40,127 bases of DNA from a virus (lineage: Duplodnaviria > Caudoviricetes). The stretch lies in the IMG/VR virus record IMGVR_UViG_3300017649_000003, positions 1-40,127 of that record. The stretch is one strand, 5' to 3'. Shown here in pieces: positions 8,581-18,602 of this stretch; the stretch's first letter is position 1; the number at the start of each line of letters is the position of its first letter. The position numbers and the translations under genes were made by a program. The notes under the pieces were generated by a model. The model was not told where the DNA came from, ran no database searches, and worked only from the letters and a program-made list of their open reading frames with translations.

Positions 8581-10844
8581 TAGAAAGCCTCGCGGAAATG
8601 GGGGCACCAGTTGGGCATCGGCAGACCGGTGCGATAGGAAACAATGGGATCGCTGTCACGAAGCTGGCCGCGCGGCCCTTCGCCAGTTACTTTCGGGGAG
8701 CCGAAGCCCTTCAGGGCGTACTGCACGCAGCGAGAAGCCCCGGCCGCAGGTGCGGTGTCGCACACGATCCGCACCGAGTCCGGGCCAGTAAATGCAACCG
8801 AATTAATGACCACGAGCGAACCGGCGCCGTCCAACACTTCGAAGCCCCAGTTTTCAGGCGACGGGTTGTTGACAACCGGGTGCGTTGTGTCCCGCACGAG
8901 GGGGGGCACCGGAACATGGAATTGCAGGTCGATAGTGACATTCCCGTCATAGTTGACGGCAGTCGGCATGATCGTGCCGTATTGCTCCGAGCCGAAGATG
9001 CCGAGCGCGCGCGCCGCGACATGGGCCGATTTTTCGCCGACATCTACGCCATTGGGGCCGAGGTGCAGATTGTCTCCGACCAGCCCATACGGGTAGTACG
9101 GTGCAGCCAGGATGTAATTGCTGTTCGCCTTGCTCGCCTCGTATGGCGCCAGTACGCCGTTCTTGCCACCTTGAAAGGTGGATGCTTGCGTACACAGCAT
9201 TTTGACCGTCGCGGCCTGCCCAGTGATTGCACGGATATCCGCGTCCCAATCCGGCTGCCACAGCAAGATCTCCGACATATATTCCGGCCGAGTGCTGTCC
9301 GATTCGCCGTGTATCAACAAAATGAACGGCATCCAAACGTCGGCGTCCTCAGCAGCGGCAAGGTCTTTAATGCGCTGTAACGCAGTCAGGCCATTTTGAT
9401 AGGGGATCGTCCCTTTCTGAAGATTCGGGTAAGTCCGGCCGCCCCAACCAGCGGTGTACATGACAATGCTTGGATCGACGCCCATTTGTCGATGCAAGGC
9501 GTCGGCAAACGCGAAGCCAAACCCCTCCAGAGCGGTAACCCCTTGATTTGCCACCAGCTCGCTCTGAAGGGCGCGAAGAGACTTGAAGCCCGTAAGCGTA
9601 TTGGGATCAAGCTCCGTCTCTGTACCGGGGGTTTCCTGGCCGCTCGGGAGATTCAACCGAACGTCGATGAATCCCGGTCCGTCCGGCATGCGCAGCGTGC
9701 CGGGCCACTTGTTGTTGGCCGCGCTATACACGTCCAGCAGGCTGGCGTACGCTTGTGCCCCGACGGAGTTGGACTGCCCGAAGGACATGATTACCGTGAT
9801 CAACTTCCGGCCGCTCGGGAAGGCGACGGGCCGATTGACCCACTTGGAGAACATGCCGACGGCGGTGGCGTTCGGCGAGCCGGCCCCCCATACCCGATCG
9901 GTTGCAGTGATGATCGATGCCCCGCGCCATTGCGCCGGGCCAACGAACTGGTAGTCCGGCGGTGCCAGAATGGTGTCCGCACCACGCGCACCGTATTTCT
10001 TCAGCACACCCGCGTCTGTGAACACCGGCTCGGCGGATTCCGGGATGGCTGCTCCGCCAGCGTCAATGTCGTCGATGCGGGCGTTCGTTGCGTCGATTTC
10101 ATCGGCCAGCTGAATGAGCGGCTGCGAGCCGTTGAGTACGACCCCATCCAGATCAACCGTGAAGTCACCTCCGGACAGGCCGTAACCGGCTATGGGTGCG
10201 CGCGCCGGGGCCTGAGCGGTAGCGGTATCGATCTCGATCCCCAATTGGTAAGTAACGGTAGGTCCGTCCAGCACTACGCCATCGAGGTCAACGACATAGG
10301 CGCCCCCAGTCAAGCCGTACCCGGCGATGGGGGCACGGCCGTTGTCCAGACTGGACCAGGCCGCCCCATACACCCCCAATGCAGCACTCGCCGCATCGAT
10401 AGCAGCCTGCATTGATTCCAGGCTTGGATAGGTACCAATGAGGGTCGCCGTTCCAGCGTCATTGCGATACAGATCAAACAAGCCGCCTGGCTGGGCAGAG
10501 GGAGCTACGGAGAAGAACTGGCCGTCTGTAGTTGCCGCCAGTCCCTCAGCCACGCTATCAAACGCATCTCCACCAACAGATACGACAAAAGCCGCCAAAC
10601 TAACGTCGGGCCAGTCAATTGCCGGTTGAATTGATGTGATCCGATATAGGCCAGCCGGCGCGTAGAAATACGCGTATCCATTCTGATCGGCGGTAACCGT
10701 CCCGGTAGGGTATGGACTTAGCCCATCCCGATCTCGATATACGGTAACGATGGCCTGGTCAGACATCCGCCGTATGGTCAACACCGCCCCGGGCTGCACG
10801 TTCCCGCGCTGGTCAACAATGGTGGACTGCCAACGAATCAGCAT
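8580..10844 (-). CDS. Tailspike/receptor-binding protein with SGNH (O-acetyl)esterase domain
   Basis: Tail-attachment-like N-terminus; SGNH blocks FGQSNSVG, GWGG, IHGESD, DNLHL. Confidence 0.8.
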   Translation of the reverse strand: MLIRWQSTIVDQRGNVQPGAVLTIRRMSDQAIVTVYRDRDGLSPYPTGTVTADQNGYAYFYAPAGLYRITSIQPAIDWPDVSLAAFVVSVGGDAFDSVAEGLAATTDGQFFSVAPSAQPGGLFDLYRNDAGTATLIGTYPSLESMQAAIDAASAALGVYGAAWSSLDNGRAPIAGYGLTGGAYVVDLDGVVLDGPTVTYQLGIEIDTATAQAPARAPIAGYGLSGGDFTVDLDGVVLNGSQPLIQLADEIDATNARIDDIDAGGAAIPESAEPVFTDAGVLKKYGARGADTILAPPDYQFVGPAQWRGASIITATDRVWGAGSPNATAVGMFSKWVNRPVAFPSGRKLITVIMSFGQSNSVGAQAYASLLDVYSAANNKWPGTLRMPDGPGFIDVRLNLPSGQETPGTETELDPNTLTGFKSLRALQSELVANQGVTALEGFGFAFADALHRQMGVDPSIVMYTAGWGGRTYPNLQKGTIPYQNGLTALQRIKDLAAAEDADVWMPFILLIHGESDSTRPEYMSEILLWQPDWDADIRAITGQAATVKMLCTQASTFQGGKNGVLAPYEASKANSNYILAAPYYPYGLVGDNLHLGPNGVDVGEKSAHVAARALGIFGSEQYGTIMPTAVNYDGNVTIDLQFHVPVPPLVRDTTHPVVNNPSPENWGFEVLDGAGSLVVINSVAFTGPDSVRIVCDTAPAAGASRCVQYALKGFGSPKVTGEGPRGQLRDSDPIVSYRTGLPMPNWCPHFREAF

Positions 10845-10857
10845 TGGTTCACCCAAT

Positions 10858-10911
10858 AAAAAAGCCCGCCGGAGCGGGCTGGAGGCAAAAAGAAACCCGC
10901 TCTAGGCGGGC
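10858..10911 (-). terminator. Two tandem intrinsic terminators
   Basis: On the - strand: GCCCGCCTAGAGCGGGTTTCTTTTT and AGCCCGC-TCCG-GCGGGCTTTTTT. Confidence 0.65.
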
Positions 10912-11420
10912 TATCGGATTGGTGCGAAGGCGAAAAGAATGCCACTCATCGTGAGGACACCACTATTTGGCCTTTGGAAATCTATGGTGAATACGTTGGA
11001 ACCAGCATTCAGATAGGCCAGATCCCACATTTGCGAATCGTTGAGCTGGTCGGCCTGTCTAAGAAGGCTTCCGCCGTGATAGAGCCTGGCGTAACGTCCT
11101 GCGACTCCAACCCCGCTCCAGCGAACCATAGCCACGCCGGCAAGGACATGGGGTACATTCACGGTTATCGAAAAAGTATTCGTGCCGGAGCTTTCACCAA
11201 AGGAAAGTGAAAACGACCCAGAGCTAAACCCCGACGCCGCTCCAAGAACCATCTTGTTCCATGTGATGGATGTTTCGGCATAGGCTGGGTTTTGAATCCT
11301 TGGGGCACCAGCATCGCCATTGGCAATAGCAATCGGGTTATCCCGCAGTGCCAGCCCATCGACAGAACGAATCGGTTTTCCGGGCTCTAGGGAAGAGTCC
11401 GGTATAGTTGTCCATGCCAT
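10911..11420 (-). CDS. Minor tail protein
   Basis: MAWTTIPDS...ALRDNPIAIANGDAGAPRIQ N-terminus typical of tail-tip proteins; beta-rich C-terminus. Confidence 0.7.
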   Translation of the reverse strand: MAWTTIPDSSLEPGKPIRSVDGLALRDNPIAIANGDAGAPRIQNPAYAETSITWNKMVLGAASGFSSGSFSLSFGESSGTNTFSITVNVPHVLAGVAMVRWSGVGVAGRYARLYHGGSLLRQADQLNDSQMWDLAYLNAGSNVFTIDFQRPNSGVLTMSGILFAFAPIR

Positions 11421-11422
11421 AT

Positions 11423-13186
11423 TTACGTCCAGTTGAATCCGGGGTCACCCCCGACTTTTCCGTCAGCGTCAGCCCACCAGGCGCCGGTGAACTTTTCTTC
11501 GTCGGTAGCCGCGTCGTATGTCGGCGCATCTGCTTCCATCCAAAGGCCGATTCGATAGTTGATCGAGTACTCGAAGACTTCTAGGCGGTACTCGACTTCA
11601 TGGCCGGGCGTGGTCTCCTCGGCGCTCAGGATTTGGTATCTCGTATCCAGTGGCGCGCCCGTATCGTCAACCACGCCACGGTGCAGAATGTCCACCACGT
11701 CGCCCGTCCACAGTTCCCGGTCCTTGGCGTCCACGCTGATCGTGATGTAGCGGGGGTTGTTCCGGTACCGGCTCAGCAGGCGGGCCGTCACGTTGATCGC
11801 CTGGGCATCGCTGTGCAACCACCGCGAGTAGATTTTTCGGATGCGCTGCTCGCCGTACTGCTGGTCGCCCTCAGCCTCCAGGTCCGCCCGCACCCTCAGT
11901 TTCCGGTAGTTGGCCTCTTTCTCCAGATCCTCTGTCGGATCGCGCTGCCCCCAGTACACCCAAACCTGGGACACTCGCCCCTTCGGGTCCTGGCTGACTT
12001 GCGCGCTGTCCGCAATGATGTTGGCGTTGTCGTTCAGCTTCGGAACTGTTTGGAAGATCGGGGGTTTGATCGCCTCCAGCCTGATCTTCTGCGCCCGCTC
12101 ATCCCACCAAATGAAAAACAGACACTGCTCGGTTATCTCCGACAGCAGATCCGTCACCCCGGTCGGCTCCGTGATCAGGCCGGTCAGGTCGAACTGCTGC
12201 AGCCAAAGCGAAGACTCTGCTGCCCAGGCGGCTTGATCAATCCACGCTGCCGGGACCTCTCCATATTGCGTCAGCCATTCGTAGGCCAGATTGTCTACGC
12301 GAACATTGGTATAGCGCAGGCAGATCTGCACCCTATCGCCAGCCTCGTGGCTGTCAGGGCTGCTTCCGTCCGTTGCCCGCGTGATCCCGGTCAGTTGGAT
12401 CTCCGTATCACTGACCGTTACCACCCCCGTATAAGTCATCAACTCGTCGTTGATGCGCACCGTTCCTGGGGCCGGATACTCTGTGGCTAGCGCGCGGGTG
12501 ACGCGGAGAGCCGAAATGGCTTCCTCTTCGCTGTAGTCCACCATCAACTCGCCGGCACTGGGCCTCGGCGCCTGCGCGCGGTCATTGTCGGCCAGCTTCA
12601 GCACATCCTTCGCGGTGATCTGGACGCGCCCGCGAGAATCCGGGCCGTCGATCTTATCGATCAGGTACGTCCGGGTCACCATGTCCTCTAGTGCCTGGCC
12701 AACGTAGCCCTCTCTGACTCTCAGCACGCGGTTGTTGTAGTACGGATTCCGAGCTAGCCATTTCGACCAGAAGGTTCCGCGCTCCACCGGCTTGTAGGGG
12801 CGCTCAGCGACGTAAGGATCGACCAGGTTGTCGGAATGGGGATGGTCATTGAACGATACCCGGATCGATGCCCGCTTCCCGAGAGGGCCGCTGTTCTGGC
12901 TACCCCCGCCTGGGTTGATCTCAGTCGGCGCAGTGGACACAGAATCCACGCTCGGGATGCAGTACACATCCGGCAGGCGCTCACCCGGCTTGCAGAAGCG
13001 CAACACCAGTGGCTGCGGCGAGTAGTTCTCCGGATCCTGGCAGGTCGCCAGCGTGTTGAAGCACTTGCGCGGCCCCGTCACCCCGATGGCCGCTGCACAA
13101 GGCGCCACGCCATACCGGTGCTGGCAGAAATCCTGCTCGACCTCGACTACCGTCTGAAGCTCGCGCCCTACGGTTTCCTCGTTCAT
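11423..13186 (-). CDS. Tail tip/hub protein
   Basis: Start ATG 13186 (ATGA coupling); Cys-rich N-terminus DFCQHRYGVAPC...KCFNTLATCQD; position after the distal tail gene. Confidence 0.75.
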   Translation of the reverse strand: MNEETVGRELQTVVEVEQDFCQHRYGVAPCAAAIGVTGPRKCFNTLATCQDPENYSPQPLVLRFCKPGERLPDVYCIPSVDSVSTAPTEINPGGGSQNSGPLGKRASIRVSFNDHPHSDNLVDPYVAERPYKPVERGTFWSKWLARNPYYNNRVLRVREGYVGQALEDMVTRTYLIDKIDGPDSRGRVQITAKDVLKLADNDRAQAPRPSAGELMVDYSEEEAISALRVTRALATEYPAPGTVRINDELMTYTGVVTVSDTEIQLTGITRATDGSSPDSHEAGDRVQICLRYTNVRVDNLAYEWLTQYGEVPAAWIDQAAWAAESSLWLQQFDLTGLITEPTGVTDLLSEITEQCLFFIWWDERAQKIRLEAIKPPIFQTVPKLNDNANIIADSAQVSQDPKGRVSQVWVYWGQRDPTEDLEKEANYRKLRVRADLEAEGDQQYGEQRIRKIYSRWLHSDAQAINVTARLLSRYRNNPRYITISVDAKDRELWTGDVVDILHRGVVDDTGAPLDTRYQILSAEETTPGHEVEYRLEVFEYSINYRIGLWMEADAPTYDAATDEEKFTGAWWADADGKVGGDPGFNWT

Positions 13187-13995
13187 GCGATGGCCTCGAC
13201 CGAGAAACCGACCGACATCAGGTCGCGCACGCCCTGGTTGCGGGGCCGAATATCGTCGTTGCACCAGGCATACAGCACTTCCGAGGGGAACTTAAGTGGG
13301 TACCAGGCGATGAAAAAGGGGTACTTCCGGGCCGATTCCACGAAGGGATCGAACCATTGCCTGTACCAGGCAGCCGTCAGGTTGTCCCAGTCATAGGAAG
13401 TGGCATACCCCTCGCGGATAATCGACCTGCCGAGGAATTGCCCACCCTCGCTCCTGTTGGGCATGATGTCGGTCTGGCGAGACAGCGTTCCCGGGGAATG
13501 GCCGCCATACAGACCGCGCTGCATCTCCAGCACCCGGCCGATGTAGACGACCCCAACACTGGGCACCGCATCATAAATGCGGATGACCCAGTATCGCGCC
13601 GTTACCGGAGGGAAAAGCATCATGATCGCCCGGTCATCGGCCGGCTGCACCGTCTCAAGCGTCGTCCAGGTAGCATTGTCATCGCTGTATTCAATAGCGA
13701 AAGTCGCCCCGGACGATCCCAGGGTGTGGCTGGCGATCCCGATATAGTCGATCTCCACAGGAGCGCCCGCATCCCAGGCCGCCCACGCAGGAACCGATGC
13801 CGGCCGCCACCGCTCGTACGTCATCGGGTTAGACAGCGCTGCCCCAGGAAATCCCGCCGTCTCGCTGCTCACCGTCAAAATTGCGTCGCGGGTAATGGTC
13901 TGCCAGCCAATCCTTGCATGGTTCAGAGGGTATCCGCGTCCATCCGCATGATCGCCCTGCTCTACCAGGCTCGGGCTTACGACAATTACGCTCAT
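13183..13995 (-). CDS. Distal tail protein (discoidin/galactose-binding-like)
   Basis: Follows the tape measure; IEYSDDNATWT...TARYWVIRI. Confidence 0.65.
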   Translation of the reverse strand: MSVIVVSPSLVEQGDHADGRGYPLNHARIGWQTITRDAILTVSSETAGFPGAALSNPMTYERWRPASVPAWAAWDAGAPVEIDYIGIASHTLGSSGATFAIEYSDDNATWTTLETVQPADDRAIMMLFPPVTARYWVIRIYDAVPSVGVVYIGRVLEMQRGLYGGHSPGTLSRQTDIMPNRSEGGQFLGRSIIREGYATSYDWDNLTAAWYRQWFDPFVESARKYPFFIAWYPLKFPSEVLYAWCNDDIRPRNQGVRDLMSVGFSVEAIA

Positions 13996-16784
13996 GCCAC
14001 CCTCAGACGGGCACCATCGCCCACAGCTTCGTTAATCGCGCTGATCAGATCGCGCACCGCCTTGCCCGAGTAGAGCCCATCGCCAATGTTGATCGTGACG
14101 GCAGGGCCTTGATCCTGCTGTGGCGCTGCCTGCACAGGGCCGTTAGCAACTGCGTCGGTAGGCTTCGAGTACGATCCGCCTTTGACCCCGCCGCCGCCAC
14201 CGAACTGGGTACTGGCGATAGAAGCGATCTGGGCTGCCGTAGCTGCCGCCGCTGTCGCCGCGAACGCGGCCCCAACTGCCGGACCACCTACTTTGGTCCC
14301 CCACTTGTACGCGTCAGTGATCGACTCGCCGGCAGCAAGCGTGGCTTGAGCAATAGCCGCGACCTTACCGATCATGAACATCTCCTTGTTCCCGCTATTC
14401 ATGAGCGAGACCAGGTTATTCCACATCTTGCTGCTTTGGGACTCGCGCTCTCTCGCTTCTTCTCGGGAGACCTTAGACCGTGCAGCGGCACCCCTTCGCT
14501 CAATCTCTGCGAGCTTGCTGGCGTGATCCTCGGCCAATTCCAGTTCGCGCTGACGACGCTCTTCCTCGGTCATCTGCTGATCTTCGTATGCCTCGGCTAG
14601 CAGAGCTAATCGGTCTTGGTAGGCCGTCAACTCGATCTCAGTCAAAGCCTGCTGGTGCGCGATGACCGCCTCTTGTTGCGCGGCATAGAAGTCCTGAAAT
14701 CCGATAAGCCCATCTTCATAGCGCTGCTGATTGCGCGCGAGTTCGGCCTGTAGATCGGCATCCGCGACGGCAGCCATGTTCTCGGAGTGCTTGCCGGCGA
14801 GTTGCTCTTGGAGGCCATAGTACTTGGCCTGGTCGACAAGGCCCGCTTGGAATATTTCCGCAAGCCTCGACTGACGCTCAGCCGCCTCCCGGACTTCGAT
14901 TTCTTGGGCCGTAGCCGTGTACCGCTCAAGATCCTCGAGCGACTTTTCTAGTCGCTCCCGCTCCTGCTTCTGTTCCCGGGCTAGCCGCTTTGCTGCTCTC
15001 TCTCCATCGCCCCGCTTGCGCGACGCTTCGAGCCTCTTCTCGGCAACGTCCAGCGCGTCGATCTGAGTTCGCAGCAGGCGCTTTTCTTCCTCATCAAGCT
15101 TGGCCAGCTCGCCATGTTCCAGGTCGTAACGCAGCGCGGCGGCTTGGCCTGACTTGCCCATCAAAGCGATCTGGCGCTTGATGGCGGCTTCCTGTTTAGT
15201 GAACGCCTCAGAGAAAGCAACGGCAGTTGTAACCGCAGTAGCTCCAGCGGCAGATGCGCGGAAGGCATCATCAAGGCGGTGGAACGCCTCAGCCGTGCGG
15301 TCGGCGGCTTGCTCTGCGTCAGCCAGTTTGGCGCGCGCCTCGACCAGCGTCTTGTTAACGTTATCCAGCCCAGCTTGATCGACGCCAAGCCCGAGCTTGG
15401 ACGTAAGATAGTCGTAGTCTTTCTCCAGCGCCCGCACTTCCGCAGCAGCTTGCGCCGCTGCGACGCGCGCCTGCTCCAACGCTTCCTCGGCTTGCTGGCG
15501 CCGCAGCTCCAGCTGGGCTCGATTCAGGGAGTCCATGGAATCGGTCAGCGAATCAACGTCCACAGAAGCAGACTTCGCCGACCCGGACACCGCGTACATG
15601 GCGCCAGCGGCTAGGCCCAGCGACACTACCAACCCCACCGGACCACCCATAATGCCGAGCAACGAGCGGCCCACCGTGACCTGGGCTGCTTGAGCCGCAG
15701 TCAGGCGCTTCTCGGCCGCCTCCAACCCGATCTTTGCAGCAGTGAGCTTCCTGGTTGATACGTCGGCCGCATTGGTCGCGGTGATCTGCGCCATTGTGGC
15801 GCGAGCCTGAGCGAGCTGCGCTTGCGCAAGCTTTAGTTCTTCAGCCGTCGCTACTCTTTTCGCCTGATAGGACGCTACTGTGGCGACAGTAGACGCACTG
15901 AGGCGGCCGATATAAGTAGCAAGTGCCGCAACCGCGACACCGCCCGCAACCTTCGCTATGGCCTCAACATGATCCGCCAAGATATCGAGAGCGGCGACCA
16001 AGGCCCCCGTCGCGCCGGTTGCCTCGTTCTGAATCCCGATATAGTTCTGGAAGTTGTTGGATATCCGCTGCAGAGCATCGCGCACTGTGGTGGGCATTTC
16101 CTCCACCTTACGCATATTCTCATCCAAGCTGCCAAGCAACGCTTGGTTGAGATCGGCCAAGGCCAGTTTGCCCTCGATGCCCAACTTGCGGATCTCGGTA
16201 GCTGATTTACCCGAGGACTCTGCAATAGCATCAACCACGCTCGGGATAGCCGACAGAATCGTCTGCCAGGTCTGAGAATCTACCCGACCCGTCTGTATCG
16301 CCTTTGAATACGCATTGATCGCGGCTCGACCACGGTCGGCGCTTGCGGCGTTCGTCACCAGCAACGCTGAGAAACTATCCGTCAGGTCAATGGACTGTTC
16401 CAGAGAATATCCCAAACTGCGGATGGCCTGGGAAGTCTGGATGAACAGTTCCTGGGATTCTTGCAGTGACCGATACGTATTGTTCGCCGACTGGATCAGC
16501 CGACCCTGAACAAGGTTGTATTCCTCCTGGCTGTTCGTCGCCTGTTTGATTCGGCTGGCAACCTGCCCCCAGTTATCGGCAATGTCGATAATCTTGACCG
16601 CCGAAAATGCAGCGGCGAAGCGCGAGCCGAGCGAAGCAATGCTGCGCGTAGCCATTTGCGCTTGACGATCAAAATCGTTAATGCGCGCAGTGGCCTCACG
16701 CAGGCCGCGATTCAGGCCAGTAGTGTCCGCCCCGACCCGGACAAACACACCGCCGATCTGGCTACCCGTTGCGCTTGTTGCCAT
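13992..16784 (-). CDS. Tail tape measure protein
   Basis: 930 aa, Ala-rich, helical; tape-measure N-terminal domain; follows the tail chaperones. Confidence 0.93.
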   Translation of the reverse strand: MATSATGSQIGGVFVRVGADTTGLNRGLREATARINDFDRQAQMATRSIASLGSRFAAAFSAVKIIDIADNWGQVASRIKQATNSQEEYNLVQGRLIQSANNTYRSLQESQELFIQTSQAIRSLGYSLEQSIDLTDSFSALLVTNAASADRGRAAINAYSKAIQTGRVDSQTWQTILSAIPSVVDAIAESSGKSATEIRKLGIEGKLALADLNQALLGSLDENMRKVEEMPTTVRDALQRISNNFQNYIGIQNEATGATGALVAALDILADHVEAIAKVAGGVAVAALATYIGRLSASTVATVASYQAKRVATAEELKLAQAQLAQARATMAQITATNAADVSTRKLTAAKIGLEAAEKRLTAAQAAQVTVGRSLLGIMGGPVGLVVSLGLAAGAMYAVSGSAKSASVDVDSLTDSMDSLNRAQLELRRQQAEEALEQARVAAAQAAAEVRALEKDYDYLTSKLGLGVDQAGLDNVNKTLVEARAKLADAEQAADRTAEAFHRLDDAFRASAAGATAVTTAVAFSEAFTKQEAAIKRQIALMGKSGQAAALRYDLEHGELAKLDEEEKRLLRTQIDALDVAEKRLEASRKRGDGERAAKRLAREQKQERERLEKSLEDLERYTATAQEIEVREAAERQSRLAEIFQAGLVDQAKYYGLQEQLAGKHSENMAAVADADLQAELARNQQRYEDGLIGFQDFYAAQQEAVIAHQQALTEIELTAYQDRLALLAEAYEDQQMTEEERRQRELELAEDHASKLAEIERRGAAARSKVSREEARERESQSSKMWNNLVSLMNSGNKEMFMIGKVAAIAQATLAAGESITDAYKWGTKVGGPAVGAAFAATAAAATAAQIASIASTQFGGGGGVKGGSYSKPTDAVANGPVQAAPQQDQGPAVTINIGDGLYSGKAVRDLISAINEAVGDGARLRVA

Positions 16785-17022
16785 TCTTCATCATCCGATT
16801 TAGGCGTTCCACATCCTCTTGGCTCAGGGATCCGGCGTAATCCGTATCCTTGTCCCTAGGTCGCTTCACTTCGTATATGCGCCACCATTCGGCGGGGGTC
16901 ATGTCCCACACGTCGCGCGGGGACATCCCCCATTGGCACACGGCCATGTCATACAAGACGCCCCAATCAACGTCCTTTACTTCGCCTTCGCTGCTCGCTG
17001 CTTGGGGCCGTCTTCCTTTCCC
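16762..17022 (-). CDS. Tail assembly chaperone gpGT C-terminal part (-1 frameshift)
   Basis: Slippery G GGA AAG at 17022-17016; the -1 frame is open into ...WGMSPRDVWDMTPAEWW. Confidence 0.85.
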   Translation of the reverse strand, partial: GKGRRPQAASSEGEVKDVDWGVLYDMAVCQWGMSPRDVWDMTPAEWWRIYEVKRPRDKDTDYAGSLSQEDVERLNRMMKNGNKRNG

Positions 17023-17327
17023 TTTGCTGGGTTCTCCGGGAAAGCGGCGATAACGATGGCGTGCGCCATGCTCGTCACAGCTCCCTGATCACCATGGATG
17101 AGCTCGACGTAAACGTCGTCTTCCGTCACCGATGCCCCTGCGGCTTGCAGGAAGACGGCAATGGCGCTGGCGATGTGCGTGAGCTTAGGCGCGCCCGTAC
17201 CCAGACTGTGCGCCAGGGCGGACAGCGAAACCTTCTGCTCGACCCTGTTGAGCAGGGCGAGCGTAGGCTTGATGCGATACTCAGCGCCCTTCCACCCGAT
17301 CGTGACTTCTTGGAATACGGCGGCCAT
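16977..17327 (-). CDS. Tail assembly chaperone (gpG-like)
   Basis: Between tail tube and tape measure; ends with the lambda-type slippery site. Confidence 0.85.
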   Translation of the reverse strand: MAAVFQEVTIGWKGAEYRIKPTLALLNRVEQKVSLSALAHSLGTGAPKLTHIASAIAVFLQAAGASVTEDDVYVELIHGDQGAVTSMAHAIVIAAFPENPAKGKEDGPKQRAAKAK

Positions 17328-17746
17328 TAGGCAGAGGCCTCCGGCGTGAACACCCAGGCGCCGGAGGACTGGACCGTCGCCGAGAAAGTCACAGCGTCTT
17401 GATACTCAGCGCCAACCTCGAAGTTGCCCAGGAAAAAGTCGCCTGTAATGGTCCCAAGGCCGGGGATCACGAGCGCGTACTGCTCCAGGAAATTGTTGGA
17501 TGCCGGGTCAAACGCGATCAACGCCCAGTCGTCTTGGCGCATGATGCCTTCGACAGACATGTCGATCGAGCGAGTGGCAGGAGTATTCAGCAGCGTGCGG
17601 AACGCGCCGTCGCAGTCCTGCGTAATGTCGATGGGTTCGCCAGCGATGGTAATGGTTTTGGTACGCGCGCAGATTCGAGGGCCAGAATCATCGTTCCCCA
17701 CGTAAAAGGCAACGTCGCGACCAGCAATAGCATTCAAGTCAGCCAT
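17327..17746 (-). CDS. Major tail tube protein
   Basis: EPIDITQDCDGAFRTLL...SIDMSVEG...VTFSATVQSSG. Confidence 0.88.
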   Translation of the reverse strand: MADLNAIAGRDVAFYVGNDDSGPRICARTKTITIAGEPIDITQDCDGAFRTLLNTPATRSIDMSVEGIMRQDDWALIAFDPASNNFLEQYALVIPGLGTITGDFFLGNFEVGAEYQDAVTFSATVQSSGAWVFTPEASA

Positions 17747-17760
17747 GGTGCAAAACTCCG

Positions 17761-18177
17761 TTAAGAGTAGGTGGTAAGGAGACGGAACCGGATAACGCCG
17801 TGGCGAGTGATGCCGTCGGGGTCAAGAAAGGTTTCTTGAAATGTCGCCTGCAGATCTACGCAATACGTGTCGTCGATCGGCAGGTTGTATCGGTGCAGGG
17901 ATTCATAAACCGCCTGCATTATTTGTTTCGTGCGCTTGCGCCCCTGCGGGCCGCCAGTCTGAGAAGGCCGGTCCCACACGTGGACCACAACCTCCGTATC
18001 CGCGCCGATCGAACAGTCCTGGCTCCACTCCACGGCGGAGGCTTCGCCGATCACGATGTAGGGGAACACAGCCCCCTGCGGAACATCGTCATAGACACGC
18101 CCTTCCACCATTTGCGAAACCGCCGCGTCGGTAGTTAGCCGCTGATAGATGGCGGCTTGAACTTCCCACTGATTCAT
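17761..18177 (-). CDS. Tail completion/terminator protein (DUF3168-like)
   Basis: RVYDDVPQGAVFPYIVIG...DPDGITRHGVIRF. Confidence 0.85.
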   Translation of the reverse strand: MNQWEVQAAIYQRLTTDAAVSQMVEGRVYDDVPQGAVFPYIVIGEASAVEWSQDCSIGADTEVVVHVWDRPSQTGGPQGRKRTKQIMQAVYESLHRYNLPIDDTYCVDLQATFQETFLDPDGITRHGVIRFRLLTTYS

Positions 18178-18602
18178 TGGCCTGACCTCTTCCGGGCGAT
18201 TTCGACAATCCCACGCAGCTTCTTGAAGAACTCGAATCGGTTCCGCTGCAGAGCCGGCCCCAAAAATGGCCGCGCTGGCATCTGCTGGATCCCGAACTCA
18301 AGCCACGCTGCCTTGAAATCATTCGTGTACACGTCTGCGACCGTTCCCCGGTAATCCACGCCAAGGCTATTTACGAGCTCGCCACTATCCACGTTCGGCG
18401 CTTCACCTGGCTGAGAAACCGGCCGGCCACCTTTTATCTGGCCGTTCGACGTATTCCGCATGGATCGCTGCGCACTATCCAGTACCGCATCGGCCGTCTC
18501 GCTAACCACATCGGCGATCTCGGCGTTCATTGACTGCTCAAAGCTCCGGATCTGTTTGAGCGTGGCCTGTATGCCAAGCGTGCCAGCGCGTCGAGTAGCC
18601 AT
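18174..18602 (-). CDS. HK97 gp10-like morphogenesis protein
   Basis: SQPGEAPNVDSGEL...LEFG..MPARPFLGPA; TAATG coupling. Confidence 0.85.
   Translation of the reverse strand: MATRRAGTLGIQATLKQIRSFEQSMNAEIADVVSETADAVLDSAQRSMRNTSNGQIKGGRPVSQPGEAPNVDSGELVNSLGVDYRGTVADVYTNDFKAAWLEFGIQQMPARPFLGPALQRNRFEFFKKLRGIVEIARKRSGQ

Noticed and set aside
7759-11420. Diversity-generating retroelement as in BPP-1
   Set aside because: No reverse transcriptase and no TR/VR pair differing at adenines was seen; the tailspike repeat is an ordinary diverged duplication
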